A stretch of DNA of 64,000 bases. Source: Guillardia theta CCMP2712. Taxonomy: Eukaryota > Protista > Cryptophyta. The stretch's first letter is position 1; each line of letters starts with the position of its first letter. The stretch lies in contig NW_005434666.1 of assembly GCF_000315625.1 (NCBI RefSeq), positions 354,018 to 418,017 on the forward strand. Direction: 5' to 3'. Position numbers and translations under genes: made by a program. Shown here piece after piece: positions 35,701 to 46,387 of this stretch. The notes beneath the pieces are model-generated. The model searched no databases, was not told the origin of the DNA, and saw only the letters and a list, made by a program, of their open reading frames with translations.

Positions 35701-36295
35701 GAGAGTCTTCGTGTCTGCTCCCTTCGGAGGAGGAGATTCGTGGAACTTGATGCGAGGAGCGATTTTCACCGGGGAGAACGCGATCCGCTACCCTCAGGTC
35801 TCTTCTAGCCTCTTCCTCGAGGAAGTGAAGGTTGTGCGGGAGGAGAGGACTGAGGCGCCCAAGGGAGGAGCTGAGGGGCTGCTGGGAGGGCTGCTGAGCA
35901 AGTTCAAGGGGAAAGATGCGAATCAGAGCATGGAGGAGCTGCTGGAGGAGGAGGAGGACGAGGGAAGGCTGGCTGGCAGCCACAAGGTCGCCAAGGAAGA
36001 AGGAGACGCGGAGGCTGAGGCGCGGGAGCAACGGCGGCAGCTGTTTTCTGGGACGACGGTGAAGCCTGTGGGAGAGGGGAGGAGAGGGGAGGAGGGAGGG
36101 AGACGTGGAGCAGGGGAGGTCGCAGGAGCAGCAGGAGCAGCGAAGGAGGCCATGAACGCGCTGCAGGCGAGAGGAGAGAAGTTGAAGGACATGCAGGAGA
36201 AGGCGACGAGGCTGGAGAGTCAGGCCATGGAGTTTGCTGAGATGATCCGCAAGCACAACCAGAAGGAAGCGTCGAAGAAATGGTGGCAGATCTGA
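32780..36295 (+). CDS. Tomosyn / Lgl family (STXBP5-like) WD40 protein with C-terminal R-SNARE motif, intronless
   Basis: HGIP...IAYDHLLGLLALGTLDGKVKVLG..GVE, WD40 repeats, C-terminal ALQARGEKLKDMQEKATRLESQAMEFAE. Confidence 0.88.
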   Translation: MSGSWLKSVFKSKSSKKSKKEETIAHALPDSELQQEDCKYREVMSHGIPPTSCTIAYDHLLGLLALGTLDGKVKVLGSLGVERTLMSPHLSRVTCLEFAAGKGQLAVGTDFPSLLVWNLSQTESGEQELTNIRVLHAINSIRWIPGTDCFCMSTSGAEVRFFRIGNESLSKHKVTAEELQLSGKDTHEITSAEPSTEHHQVLVGAKAGHLLLWDSRSSSIARRYMGAAIGSELVHAGYTSSCKYVVATYANATMQIWLAEKEKNVLTQVKLVEGVTSDFESSFLGMSSMIIDTAKSKKGKDEPDEALFVFYLKDGKFCTTCFQGTNLKDRVELSCDDEQEGEGIQAVIPAFREREEAQHARRYFLRLHYGGLVDFLQMSPEDSPTSLRRRNLPQVLRSNSPLCMAMTTLVPIEIASRLIIDLSESPEEEEELETYLEEVYSPLWGGRRPEPPLTLPVPCLLVTCHTGGRVCLWNVRTESLLRVRGVPAQRETSDEILMSSLIVDQWQKGSEEAAAAAARGGEGGGGGGGGGDGNETPGLLLLLACSDHVELLRFCDLDDFKTFRRRRKLLPARVLAKPGHDEPRKDANMLRAEIKYTFDEQDAPQMVSEEDRVVASPDEVEEEQEISAEQDSEIEDEEEASSDPTSTSKELQEGVVDASEETGGGADPDLPPSRALPPIPTKTAAVAGQEENEQEDKDYGKEELKEHQNEHVRHEQEEQEEQEEASEHTYSKGFIPVLSVSMQNSSDSSNGSSSMRVRCAVYVPACRMLLSGWSNGCMTFTSRRPEHSAEVLDTSCLTAKGSGISAMAAGWVAMRDKSPPLLTLFAAVDSAEIFCFHLPSAAELPMRISAAGMGGSPAVFLAGLDENGTLVPSSSPRPCRFLLAVSSHAIRIFNLPLDVRGSLPLQQQQTDMNISGAAVLQHNGESVLCCWDGSGEVRIHSLLLLRNLGRIKLQEHHSLLRPNALQTMAVGQDGRVFVSAPFGGGDSWNLMRGAIFTGENAIRYPQVSSSLFLEEVKVVREERTEAPKGGAEGLLGGLLSKFKGKDANQSMEELLEEEEDEGRLAGSHKVAKEEGDAEAEAREQRRQLFSGTTVKPVGEGRRGEEGGRRGAGEVAGAAGAAKEAMNALQARGEKLKDMQEKATRLESQAMEFAEMIRKHNQKEASKKWWQI

Positions 36296-36577
36296 TACTT
36301 TCCTCCTCCTCCTTCCTCCTCTTGCTGCCTCCTCCCTCTCTGCAACCGCTCCCCTCCTCCCGGCCTCTCCCCGACCTCGTTTCTGTTCCCTCTCCTGTTG
36401 CTTTCTCCTCTGCGATTGTACAGCGACTTCTGGTCCTGCCTTCTTCTCAGTGCATCCTCTGGAGTGTGATTTTGCCATATTGTGCATTACTATCGAGGAT
36501 AGTTCCTTGCACATCAGCATGCAGAGTAGAAGCGAACTAGGTTCGAGTCTCGGATTAACTTCAGTTATGATAAATTC

Positions 36578-38100
36578 CTACTTGTTGGGATCAAACTTCG
36601 TCCAAAGTCCATAGGAGCTCGGCCAGCTCGTTACGCTCTTCTTCCAACTTGTTGATCCTGCAGGTGCAAGTGAGGCGCTGGAGCTGGAGCTGGAGCTGGA
36701 GCTGGAGCTGGAGCTGGAGCTGGAAGAGGAGCAGGAGCAGGACGTGATGGTGGATTGGGAAAGTTTGGGGGCACAGGAAAAACGAAAGAAGGAGAGGAGA
36801 ACCAGAAGGAAAGACGAGCACAACACAGAAGGGAGAGGAGGAGGAGGAGGAAGGGGGAGGGGGATGGGGTTGAAACCTTTGCTTCAGCTTCTCTCTTGCT
36901 TGCTCCAGCTCGTTTCTCTCCACATCCTCCGACGAATCTTTCTTCCTGCTCGCCGTCCATGCAACTCCAATCACCCACCCACCCCCTTCTACTCTCCTCC
37001 TTTTCTCCTCTCCACCCTCCCAGTCTCCTTCCATTCCCCAACTCCTTCCCCTCGAATCACCTTGTCAGTTCAACTTTCTTCTCCAAACTTGTCTGGATTT
37101 TGTCACGACGAACTACCTCCTCCTCCAGGTGCTGCCGCCTGCTGCCTCGTGAGCTACCGGAAGAGGGGAAGGCACAGGCAAGATCAGGCATGGGGCTTGT
37201 TGAAGAAGGTTGAAGAAGGAAAGAGCAGAGGCAGGAGGAGCAGGAGCAGGAGCAAGAGCAAGAGCAAGATTCGAGTTCTCTTCTCAAACCTTCCTTGTGA
37301 GTCTTCAAGATTCTTTTTGACCGTCTCCAGCTCGCTCGCCATGTCTTTGAGCTGCTCGTTGCAGGAGCTCGAGGAGTCAGAGAAAGCGGAAGGGGAACCA
37401 GGAGGAGGCAGGAGGACAGAAAGAGAAATCGAAGGAGTGGTAGAAGAGAGGACAGTGGAGGAGGAGAAAGTAGAGGAGGAGGCGGAAGTAGAAGAGGATA
37501 TGGGGGAGGAGGGGGAGGAGGAGCAGAGGGCGGGGAGACCTTGTCCTGTACTTTCATCAGACACGAGCTGATCTTGTCCGACATGTTCAGGCTGAGGCTT
37601 AGGTTCTCGTCCATCAAAGAGGACGAAGTTCGAATGTCCTCCTCCTCCCCCCTCTCCACCTCCTCCCTCCTTCCCCCCTTGCCCCTCTCCTCCTGCACAT
37701 CCCAGGGTACATCAGATGAAGTCAACACAGCAGCAACCGCTACCTCCTGCTTCTGCTCCTCCTCCTCCTTCCTCCCTTGGCTGCTGCCTGTCTGCTGCAT
37801 CCGCTGCCTCTCCAATCTCAACAGCTCCACTGCACAGCATGTCAACCCCCGTAGCCGCTTCCTCCTCCCTCCCCTCACCCTCGCGCTCTGCCGCTTCGCA
37901 TCGTAGCCGCAGCATCGAGAGCTCCTCTGCTTCGGCAGCGGAGGAAGAGGAAACCCAGTCCAGCTCGTTCTGTCCAGCAGCCCTCAGATCACTAGTGGAG
38001 GTCAGCACACTCACCATCAGGAGCCTCGTCAGCTGATCCTCCAGCGACTTGTTTTTGAGCCTCAGGGTCTCTACCTCCTCCACGATCTCCTCCATCGCGT
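36578..38100 (-). CDS. Hypothetical coiled-coil protein, multi-exon with low-complexity introns; 5' end unresolved
   Basis: Exons such as EEIVEEVETLRLKNKSLEDQL, EQLKDMASELETVKKNLEDSQ, RINKLEEERNELAELL. Confidence 0.45.
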
Positions 38101-38863
38101 CCTACGGCCTGTAGGAGCAGGAAAGGGCCCTTGTCAGAGACGGCGATGCAGGGAAGGAGGGCGTGATCGGGGGGGGGAGGAGGAGGAGGAAATGATGAGT
38201 AACGTGGACATGAATATGAGGTAGAGGATGAAGCATCAAGACGAGGACAGAGGGATGGACAAGCGGAAGGAAAGGAGGAGGCGGGAGAGGAGGAGCGAAG
38301 GAGCGACGTCGAGAACGAGTACATGGAAAATGTAGCGCAGGAGGAGGAGCAGGAGGAGGAGGAGGAGAACAGATGATAGAGTAGCATAAGATGCTGGAGG
38401 TCATAGCTGGGGAGAGCGATGGGGTCATAAGGCAGGAGGTGGAAGGGCGCTGGTGGGTTGGTTGAAGCAGAGTACGGCAGGAGGGCAGGGAATAGAAATC
38501 AACGGACGGGAACTAAGAGAGCGCATGAGAGCAGGAGGAGCAGGGGAAGAAGGATCAGGAGGAGAGAGATAGAGGGAGGAGGAGCAGGAGGAGCAGGAGG
38601 GGAGGGAGGAGCGAGCAGCAGGAGAGGGCAACAGGATCTGCAACAGGATCCGATATGGAGGCGTACGAGGGACCTGAGGAATCGGGAGCAAGGGAGTCTG
38701 CCTCAGAGTAGAAGAGAAACGAGGGAGGCAGGAGGGAGGAGGGAGGGGAGGGAGAGGGAGAAGAGATTGACAGGGTAGACTTGCAAGGAGAGGAACTTTA
38801 CTGTCACCGCTACTGCACTACAAGTCTCTCCGACAACGCGGGCGAGCAGAAGGTCAATCGGCT

Positions 38864-41800
38864 TCACTGGCCACCTTTCTTCTTGGCCGCCTGTAAAGCT
38901 CTGAGATCGTGCTGGGCGGAAAGGACAGGAACCGAGGTGAAGGAGAGGAGGAGGAGGAGGAGGAGGAGAAGAAGAAGAAGAAGGAGGGGAGCACAACATG
39001 GGGATGGGAAAGGAGAGGAGAACCCGGGAGGGGCAGGAAGGAGAAGCAGGGGAGGAAGTAGAAGCAGCGACAGCAACACGAGTTAACCTGCATGAATTCA
39101 TCCAGACCGAAAACATCTTCATCCCTGTCGAACTCCACAGGGCCTGCGCAAGTCGGCAACAGTCAGACGCATCTCCCTCTTGCTCTCGCTCTCTCCCGCC
39201 ACGCTACATGACCAGCTGCCCTACCTGATCGCGATTGGCGGGCGCCATCGCCCGAAGCACCCTGGGAATCAGAAGAAAGTAAGGAGAAGGGAGGGAGGGT
39301 TAACAGGGAGGCAGCACCTGAAACTCGTTGTCCACCTTGAAGCGCGCGTTCTTGAGCGTCTGCTCCATCACCGAGTCTTCGTCTCCCGCCAAGTCCTGCC
39401 GGCGTCTCACTCCCCTCCAGACACTACGACAAGGCCATCCGGCCTACCTCGGCATTTCCCTTGGGCCGATAGACCGAGCTGGAGCGCTCTTGGAACAACC
39501 TTTTGTCGTACACGTTGTATCCATCCTCAGCACCGAAACCAGAATCCATGCCAGACGTCTGGGAACAAGCAGAGACTCACAATGTAATCCAAGTTCATGA
39601 GCTGGGTGTACCTGGTTGAAGAGCCTCTGATCGAACTGCATGTCCTGCCCACTTGGCTTTTCACACGCAAGTCAGCCCGAAGCAACAAAAGGTGCCACCA
39701 ACAAGTAAAAAGTCAACAACACAAAAAGATGGGGCTCGTCACTGCATGCGCACTGAAGTCAACTATCCCTCGTAATTTCATCATCGATTCCTCGTGCTCT
39801 CATAGGGATTTCCATTGAAGTACCTGAGCAAGGCCAAGAGCGATCTTTTCTGACACGTCACGGTCCCTATCCCTTGTAAGCTTGGAGCGCTTGACTCCCT
39901 TCCTCTCAAGCTCTTCGAGGCGCCTTTCTCTCTCCCTCTCGCGACGTCGTTCTTCACGGATATCGTCACGTTGCCGTCTGGCCTCCCTTTCTTCGCGACT
40001 CTCGCGCTCGAACTCCTCAGCTGGGATGAAGCTCCTGCTATCAAAAGTCATCAGTGTGCCGAACATGGGTGGGCATCAAAGATTCAACTAGATCTCCTCA
40101 GATGTTTCAATCGCCCCTTACCTTCTGTCCTCGTCCGCATCTTCATCTCCACCACGCCCTTCTCCCGTTCTACTTTCAATACCTCCTCCTCCTCCTCCTC
40201 CTCCTCCTCCTGCAGCTGCTCCTCCTCCACCACCAAGGCTTGCTCCTGGTGCAGCCCCAGTGCGAAGCATACGAGCATCTCGAGCAAGCTGCCTGAGCTC
40301 CTCGTCCTTCTTCTCCTTCTCGAGCCTTTGCTGTCGCTCGCGCTCCTTGATTCTTGCGGCGATGCCTTCTCTCGCCGACTCTTGGGCAACCAACAGGGAC
40401 TCACTGAATTGTGCGAACTTGTCGTTCACAACGATTTGGGAATGCCCTCGTCCATCAGCAGCCAGACGTTTATCAAGGGGGATTGTGTAACCCTTAGCAT
40501 TCTTCCAGTTTGATACACACGGGGGAATCTTCCAATCTGCCATGTCCTGCAAAGACGAACACTGAGTGCTCCCGTTCACACCTCAAAGACTCCGCTACCT
40601 TTTGCGACACTTTTCTTGGAGGCGAATGCATCACGGGGACTGGTGGGGACGGCGGACCTCGAGGGGCCTGCGATGTTGGTAAACACAAGCTCAGGTTGAG
40701 CTTCAGGTCTGCCTCACCTTCTTGTGCTTGAACTTGGGTGGTTCCAACGGGTCAACGGGCATCTCGTGCATTTTGATGATTCTTTCCCTCGCCCCACTGT
40801 TGTGAGACGATACTGAATTGCTCGGAACATATCTACGGCAAACAATCACCTCTACACAACCCGATGTGCAGTCGCTGTTACCTGATGTATTCCGCATCCT
40901 TCTTCTGATTGATCTCAGGTCGAGCAACCTTAGCCGCTGTGATCTTTCCATTCAAAATTTTCTCCAGGGCAGCCTGCGTCTCCTGGGTTTTGAGCCTGAT
41001 CTGAGATCACATCACACAAGATCAGAAGAGATCATCCTGATTTGCATCTAGCAAACCTCTTCATCGTCGGGCTTGTCGACATCCATTTCGTGGACCCGCT
41101 TGGCAACAAGGTCCCTGGCTGAGCCCTGCCTCGTGTCACACAGCGCAAGGACATGGGCCCTCTTGCGTAAGGAAACCTTACCTGGATCAGCGTCTTGTGT
41201 GTCCTCCCCTGCCCCAGAATCGCATCGTACTTGATGTTACCCTCTACACAAGTTTCAGTTCCTGAGACTGAAGTAACAGTCCAAAGAGGTTTTTCACCTG
41301 CATCCATTTGTAATGCGATCGTCTTCCCTGTCTTCCCATCTTTCTTTCCCAAGTCCAGAGGAAACCTAATTGTAAGTGCATGCGGTCAAGGAACCAGCCG
41401 AATCTCCCCTTTGCACGACTACTGGTCCTCGAAACAAACTTCTCTCGAAAATTGCGTTGTTCGTGGCTCAATCTCCTTCCAGTCCCTCCTCTGTGCCTCA
41501 AGTTACTCACTGGGCTACATGGATCTCAGGGAAGGCGCCTCCATCGCCGAAATCTTCCAGCGACCTTCACAGATCGTTACAAGATTTCCTACCCATCTGA
41601 CCTCATTCAGCAGAACCTGGGTACCCATCCCCGCCTTTGCCCTTGGGGTGGAGGCTCCTTGCGACTTGAGGTCTGAAAGAAATTTCCTTGTCAGTTTCGC
41701 AGCATGTCGAGCACGTGAAGCAATGGTGGCATGCTCATACCTGAGACTGCTCCTTCGGCGCATCCTCCTCTTCGTCATCGTCATCCCACCTGTAACGTTT

Positions 41801-41900
41801 CTCAACGAGCAAGCTTCTTGCAGACTATCAGTCTATCATAATCTCGTCAATAAATATGCTGTGTTCTTAGGTCCCTAACTCTGTCTACCTCATCATGAGC
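38864..41900 (-). CDS. SNW1: SNW domain splicing factor SKIP/Prp45, multi-exon; start approximate
   Basis: EDFGDGGAFPEIHVAQ, DPLEPPKFKHKK, PVPVMHSPPRK, WKIPPCVSNWKNAKGYTIPLDKRLAADGRG, RDRDVSEKIALG, FDQRLFNQ, GPVEF..D.FGLDEF. Confidence 0.95.
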
Positions 41901-42579
41901 TGATATCTGCCTTGCGCATCACCTAGTCCGCCCTGCCGGATTGCGCCTGCTCCCCACTCTGCGCTTTCACTTTCCCCCGATCCTCTCATTGTCACAGCGA
42001 CTTCCTTCCCTTTCCCTTCCTCTCACACTCTGCATCTTCGCATACCTGGAACTCTTGCCTGTCGGCTTCGGCAGGATTTCCGACATTTTCACTCCCATGC
42101 CCCTCACTGCCGCCATTGCTGCAGGGCACGCGTCCTCTCCCCACCACCCCTACTAGCTCGTCCCCCATCACCCCCACATTTCCCATGGAACTGATACCAG
42201 GGGTCATGGTCATTGTCCAGTCAACCACCCACACACACCCGCCTTTCCAACCAATAACCACCCCCTTCCACATTTGTAACTACCCTACCAATGTAGTAAG
42301 TTTGCCGTTATACTACCCATACAATTGACTCCATATTGATACAAAATGGTAGGGTTGAAGCGAAGGTTTGATCACCCCTACCCCCTAATTTGACTTACCC
42401 CAGAGACCAGCATGCTGAATAGGACCCACCCCTTGTCCCAATTACCCCTACATAGTCTAGCTCATGACACCACCCCTACGGTTGGGTGTAGTCTCCAAGT
42501 CCTCATACTGTCCTCATACTGTCCTCATAGGGTCTGCCGGCTTTCGCGGATTGGGATTTTCGGTATTTCATGTCCACAG

Positions 42580-42770
42580 CCTCCTCCACCTCCTCCTCCT
42601 CTTCCTCCCCATTCAACAGCATCATCATCATCACCACCACCACCACCACCACAGTCTCCTCCTCCACCACAGCCTCGTTGTCCTCATCCCCCCCCTTCAA
42701 CAGCATCACCACCACCACCACCACCACAGTCTCCTCCTCCACAGCCTTTTCCTCCTCGCCCCTTCTCCTT
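42580..42770. repeat. Imperfect ~85-bp tandem duplication built from CAT/CAC/CCT microsatellites
   Basis: ttcaacagcatca...(cac)n-agtctcctcctcca occurs twice. Confidence 0.75.
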
Positions 42771-43193
42771 CTACCCCTCGTCGTCCACCTCTCTTCGCCT
42801 TTCTGTTCTCTTGTCCTTGCTTGTTGGAACCTTCCGTTGTCTCCCATGCTGGTCCTGAATCGTTGTCTAAGTTCTATTAGTCTTCTTCTACAGAAACCAA
42901 CCTTTCCATGTATAATTGTTTGATCTGAGCCTCTCTTGTGCTTCATTGTCCTTCAATGCTTCCTTGTGCACCGTTTGTCATCTTCTGCCCTTGTTAGCTC
43001 TGACGAGCTATCCCTTTCACCCGATTACTTTCACAATATAATGTTTCCAACTCTTGTCTGCATGTTCTCACACCCATCTCACCACCAGACGCTCAAAGAT
43101 ACCAGCCTGACCTCCAAGACTTCTTCCAAAGCGGTCTCACATGTGCTTCCGCTCGAGTTGACTCAGGTCTCGAACAAGAAAGGTCTCAAGGGT

Positions 43194-43814
43194 ATGGGAG
43201 CGATCAGAACTGTCCTCGTCCTCGCCCTCTTGTGTGTATGCAGAGCTCGCCTCCAGGCAGCGAGAGGCATCCTCAGCATCGTCAATCAATGCTCCCATGT
43301 CAGGGCCAGTGAGAACAGCTGCCGACGCCATGCTCTCGGTCGACCTCTGCGCCTTGTTGGCGGGTCCGGGGATGCTGAAAGTGATCCGGCGAAGATGATG
43401 GAGGAGGGGGAGCGCTTGTTCGCTGTGGCCATGGGGAGAAGGAAAGGAGAGGAGGAGACGAAGACAACGTGCTTGAAGGCGCTGGTCAGGCTGCTCATGG
43501 GAGGTAATCCCATGGATTTGTCAGCAGGAAAGAAAGCGGCGCTGCTGGAACAAGCAGTGGTAGGATCATTGATTGCTGGAGGATAGGTTGGGGGCAGGAG
43601 GTGGAGGGGAGGGGGAGCGACATTGAGAGGAGAGAAGGACGAGTTGTGGAGCTGAAGCAATGAGCGCAGGATATGTTTGACAGTGCTTCTGTAAAATACA
43701 AGCTGCAAGGACAGCTGAAACAAGCAGGATCTGCTGTCATGCGGTGAGATGACTGCTTTATTGTTGTTAAATTCTTCTTCCCTGTCATCGTCATCTTCTG
43801 CTCCTCCTCCTCAC

Positions 43815-43855
<41 letters not shown>

Positions 43856-44508
43856 CTCCTTTCCTCGTCGCAATTGCACTGATCGGCCGGCAGGGCGGCC
43901 GAATGTTGCAAGAACATCCGTGACAGAAGCTACGAGGCAGCAGACAAGGTCTTCCTCTACGAGCAAGTGGAGTTGAACCCTGACTTGCATCGCTTTTTCA
44001 GTTCCTCAGTGCTGCCAACATCCTCAAACCACGGTCCCCCCCCCCNNNNNNNNNNNNNNNNNNNNNNNNNNNNNNNNNNNNNNNNNNNNNNNNNNNNNNN
44101 NNNNNNNNNNNNNNNNNNNNNNNNNNNNNNNNNNNNNNNNNNNNNNNNNNNNNNNNNNNNNNNNNNNNNNNNNNNNNNNNNNNNNNNNNNNNNNNNNNNN
44201 NNNACTCCTAGTCTCTAGCTGCGCCGATGGCTCAAGAGAAAGATACTGCATTGCGAGATGATCACATAACAGCAGAAGATGAAGCTTGGGGGCAGATGGG
44301 AGCAGCGAGATGATATATAGAGGCGGTGCACGATCGAGACTGAGATTATGGATATATCAGTCAACGGCAGTCTTCAAGGTGGAAGCAGGTACGATGAGGT
44401 TTGAATCAGAAGCCTCCTGTGTCGACCAAGGTAAATGTTCGAAGGGGGAACATCAGGGGATTATCCTGCGTCAAGTAAGACACCAACACCTTCTTTTCCT
44501 CCTCCTCC

Positions 44509-44543
<35 letters not shown>

Positions 44544-45100
44544 CTCCTCCTCCTCCTCCTCCCTTCCACTGGTACATCGGTCTACTTGTCTTCCTCCTCC
44601 TCTCCCTTCCTCTCTCCATCTTCCTCCTCTTCCTGCAGTGACTTGTCCGTGGCAGACTGATTTCCAGGAATACATCGAGGCTGATCTTTCCTTTCGGGAC
44701 TCTGCATTCGCGCAAATTGCAGATAAGCTGAAGGAGGCGGTAGTGACCAAGAGCATGGATATATTCAACAAACAGGTAAAGAAAGCAGTGCAGGAGGACA
44801 GAGGGTTGAGGGAGGGAGGGAGGGAGGAGGGATGAGGGAGGGAGGGAGGGAGGGAGGTTCGAGTTGGGCAGAAACAACTCTGACGGCAAGGAAGGTGCGA
44901 GATTTGAATGGGTCAGCGACTTTTGATCGCAGCGTGTCTGCGCTCTTCACCTTGATCAAGTCGACGCTCTCAAGAGAGGTAGGAACAAACGCCTTCATCC
45001 CCTGCTGGTGACGAAACGGCAGGGAGAGGAAGGGAAGCGTCTCGAGGAGCGACTTGCGACACAGGATGACGAGGACATTCTGTGATGGACCAGGAGGTTA
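43194..45100 (+). CDS. Hypothetical signal-peptide protein, multi-exon, interrupted by an assembly gap; end approximate
   Basis: MGAIRTVLVLALLCVCRA...LRLVGG. Later exons include TDFQEYIEADLSFRDSAFAQIADKLKE. Confidence 0.5.
44046..44203. other. Assembly gap (N run)
   Basis: Ns. Confidence 1.
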
Positions 45101-45239
45101 TGGAGGAGGGGAGGGAGGATATGGAGGAGAGGGAAGGATGGAAGGAGGGAGGGAGGGAGGGAGGGAAAGGGGTGGAGATTGTAAAGGTGACACTCAATTC
45201 TTAACTTATTCATTCAACTTCATCTTCTATACTACAAGC

Positions 45240-46380
45240 TCACATCATCGTGAGCTTCAGCGCCTCCTTGAGGCTGAACAGACTCTTCCAGCTCTTCCTC
45301 TCCAGCTCCTGCATGCCGACCGTCATCTCCTCCACGTCTCCAGCTCCTCCTCACCTTCATGACAATGTGCCTTGTCCTGTTTGCGATGTCTGCGAAGTCC
45401 ATGTACGTGGCGCCCCTTGCCTTCCACTCCCTCCCCTGCGGCATCGTGTAAGACAGCAGCATCGCCATCGCCGCAGGCACGCACGAAGATCATGAAGGTG
45501 TAGCAGAAGATCTCGTTGAACGCGTTGGGCTCGCCATGAAGAAGTTCGTAGAATGTGCTCTGACATCTTTCAAAAAAAAACGTCATTCCTGACCCCTGTG
45601 GGACGGTCTCTTTCACCGTTTCACGGAGTAGTCAATCTTATGAGACGGGCTGCTGCTCAACGTCTTCAGCTAACGACAGAGAGTCAGCAGACCAGAGGAG
45701 CGAGGAGAGCTGAAGACCTTCAAGCCGTCCACCAGCAGGAAACAGATGTTGACGCCAGCGCAGGCGAAGGGAAAGGACTTGTTGTCTTCGCCCAAGGGAC
45801 AGGACTCCTTGAGGATCTCATGGTAGGTCCTGTTGTAAGCCTGCGCCATGTAACACAGCAGCTTCACGCTGAGAGCTCCCATGGCTCGGAGATCGGTGAC
45901 AGGGTCTGTCCCCTGAAAACCCAGCATCTTCCAACGATCATCAGGACGTGGCGGCACCGGCATCGACGGGAAGGAAAGAGACCAGAGTCGCCGGAGCTCG
46001 TCCATGTGTTTCACATGATCTTCCAAACTCCCCCCAATGTGCTCGTCCAGGAACAGCTGAAAGTTCTTCTTCGTTTCTGTCATCTCGTCTACAGAAATCT
46101 TCCCCTTGTTGCTGCTGCGAGCAAAGGCATTTCAATACAGGAAACGAAGCAAACGAGCTTCAACATCGATACCTGAACAATCTTGGGTACAGGTTGATTG
46201 AGCCGAACTGAAATGAGAGTGTCAGGGGAGATGTAAAATCAGCAGACATGAGGAAATTTACCAGTGAGCCCTTGCTGTTCGGCGAAGAAATTCGGATGAA
46301 GGTGAAGGCTTGTCATCGTCCATCAAGTCATTGAAGAGTTTCAACTCAAAGTTGTTCGGGTCATCAAAGTTTGTGATCGT
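45240..46380 (-). CDS. ELMO/CED-12 domain (ELMOD-like) coding exons
   Basis: WKMLGFQGTDPVTDLRAMG, FPFACAGVNI, FNEIFC, WKARGATYMDF. Confidence 0.88.
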
Positions 46381-46387
46381 GTGCTTT

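Noticed and set aside
35636-36520. 294-aa antisense ORF (and similar shadow ORFs over NOM1, PK and ABCG)
   Set aside because: Antisense shadows of GC-rich real genes.
42412-42946. PolyP/polyH/polyT ORFs
   Set aside because: All frames are open only because of trinucleotide repeats. No coding evidence.
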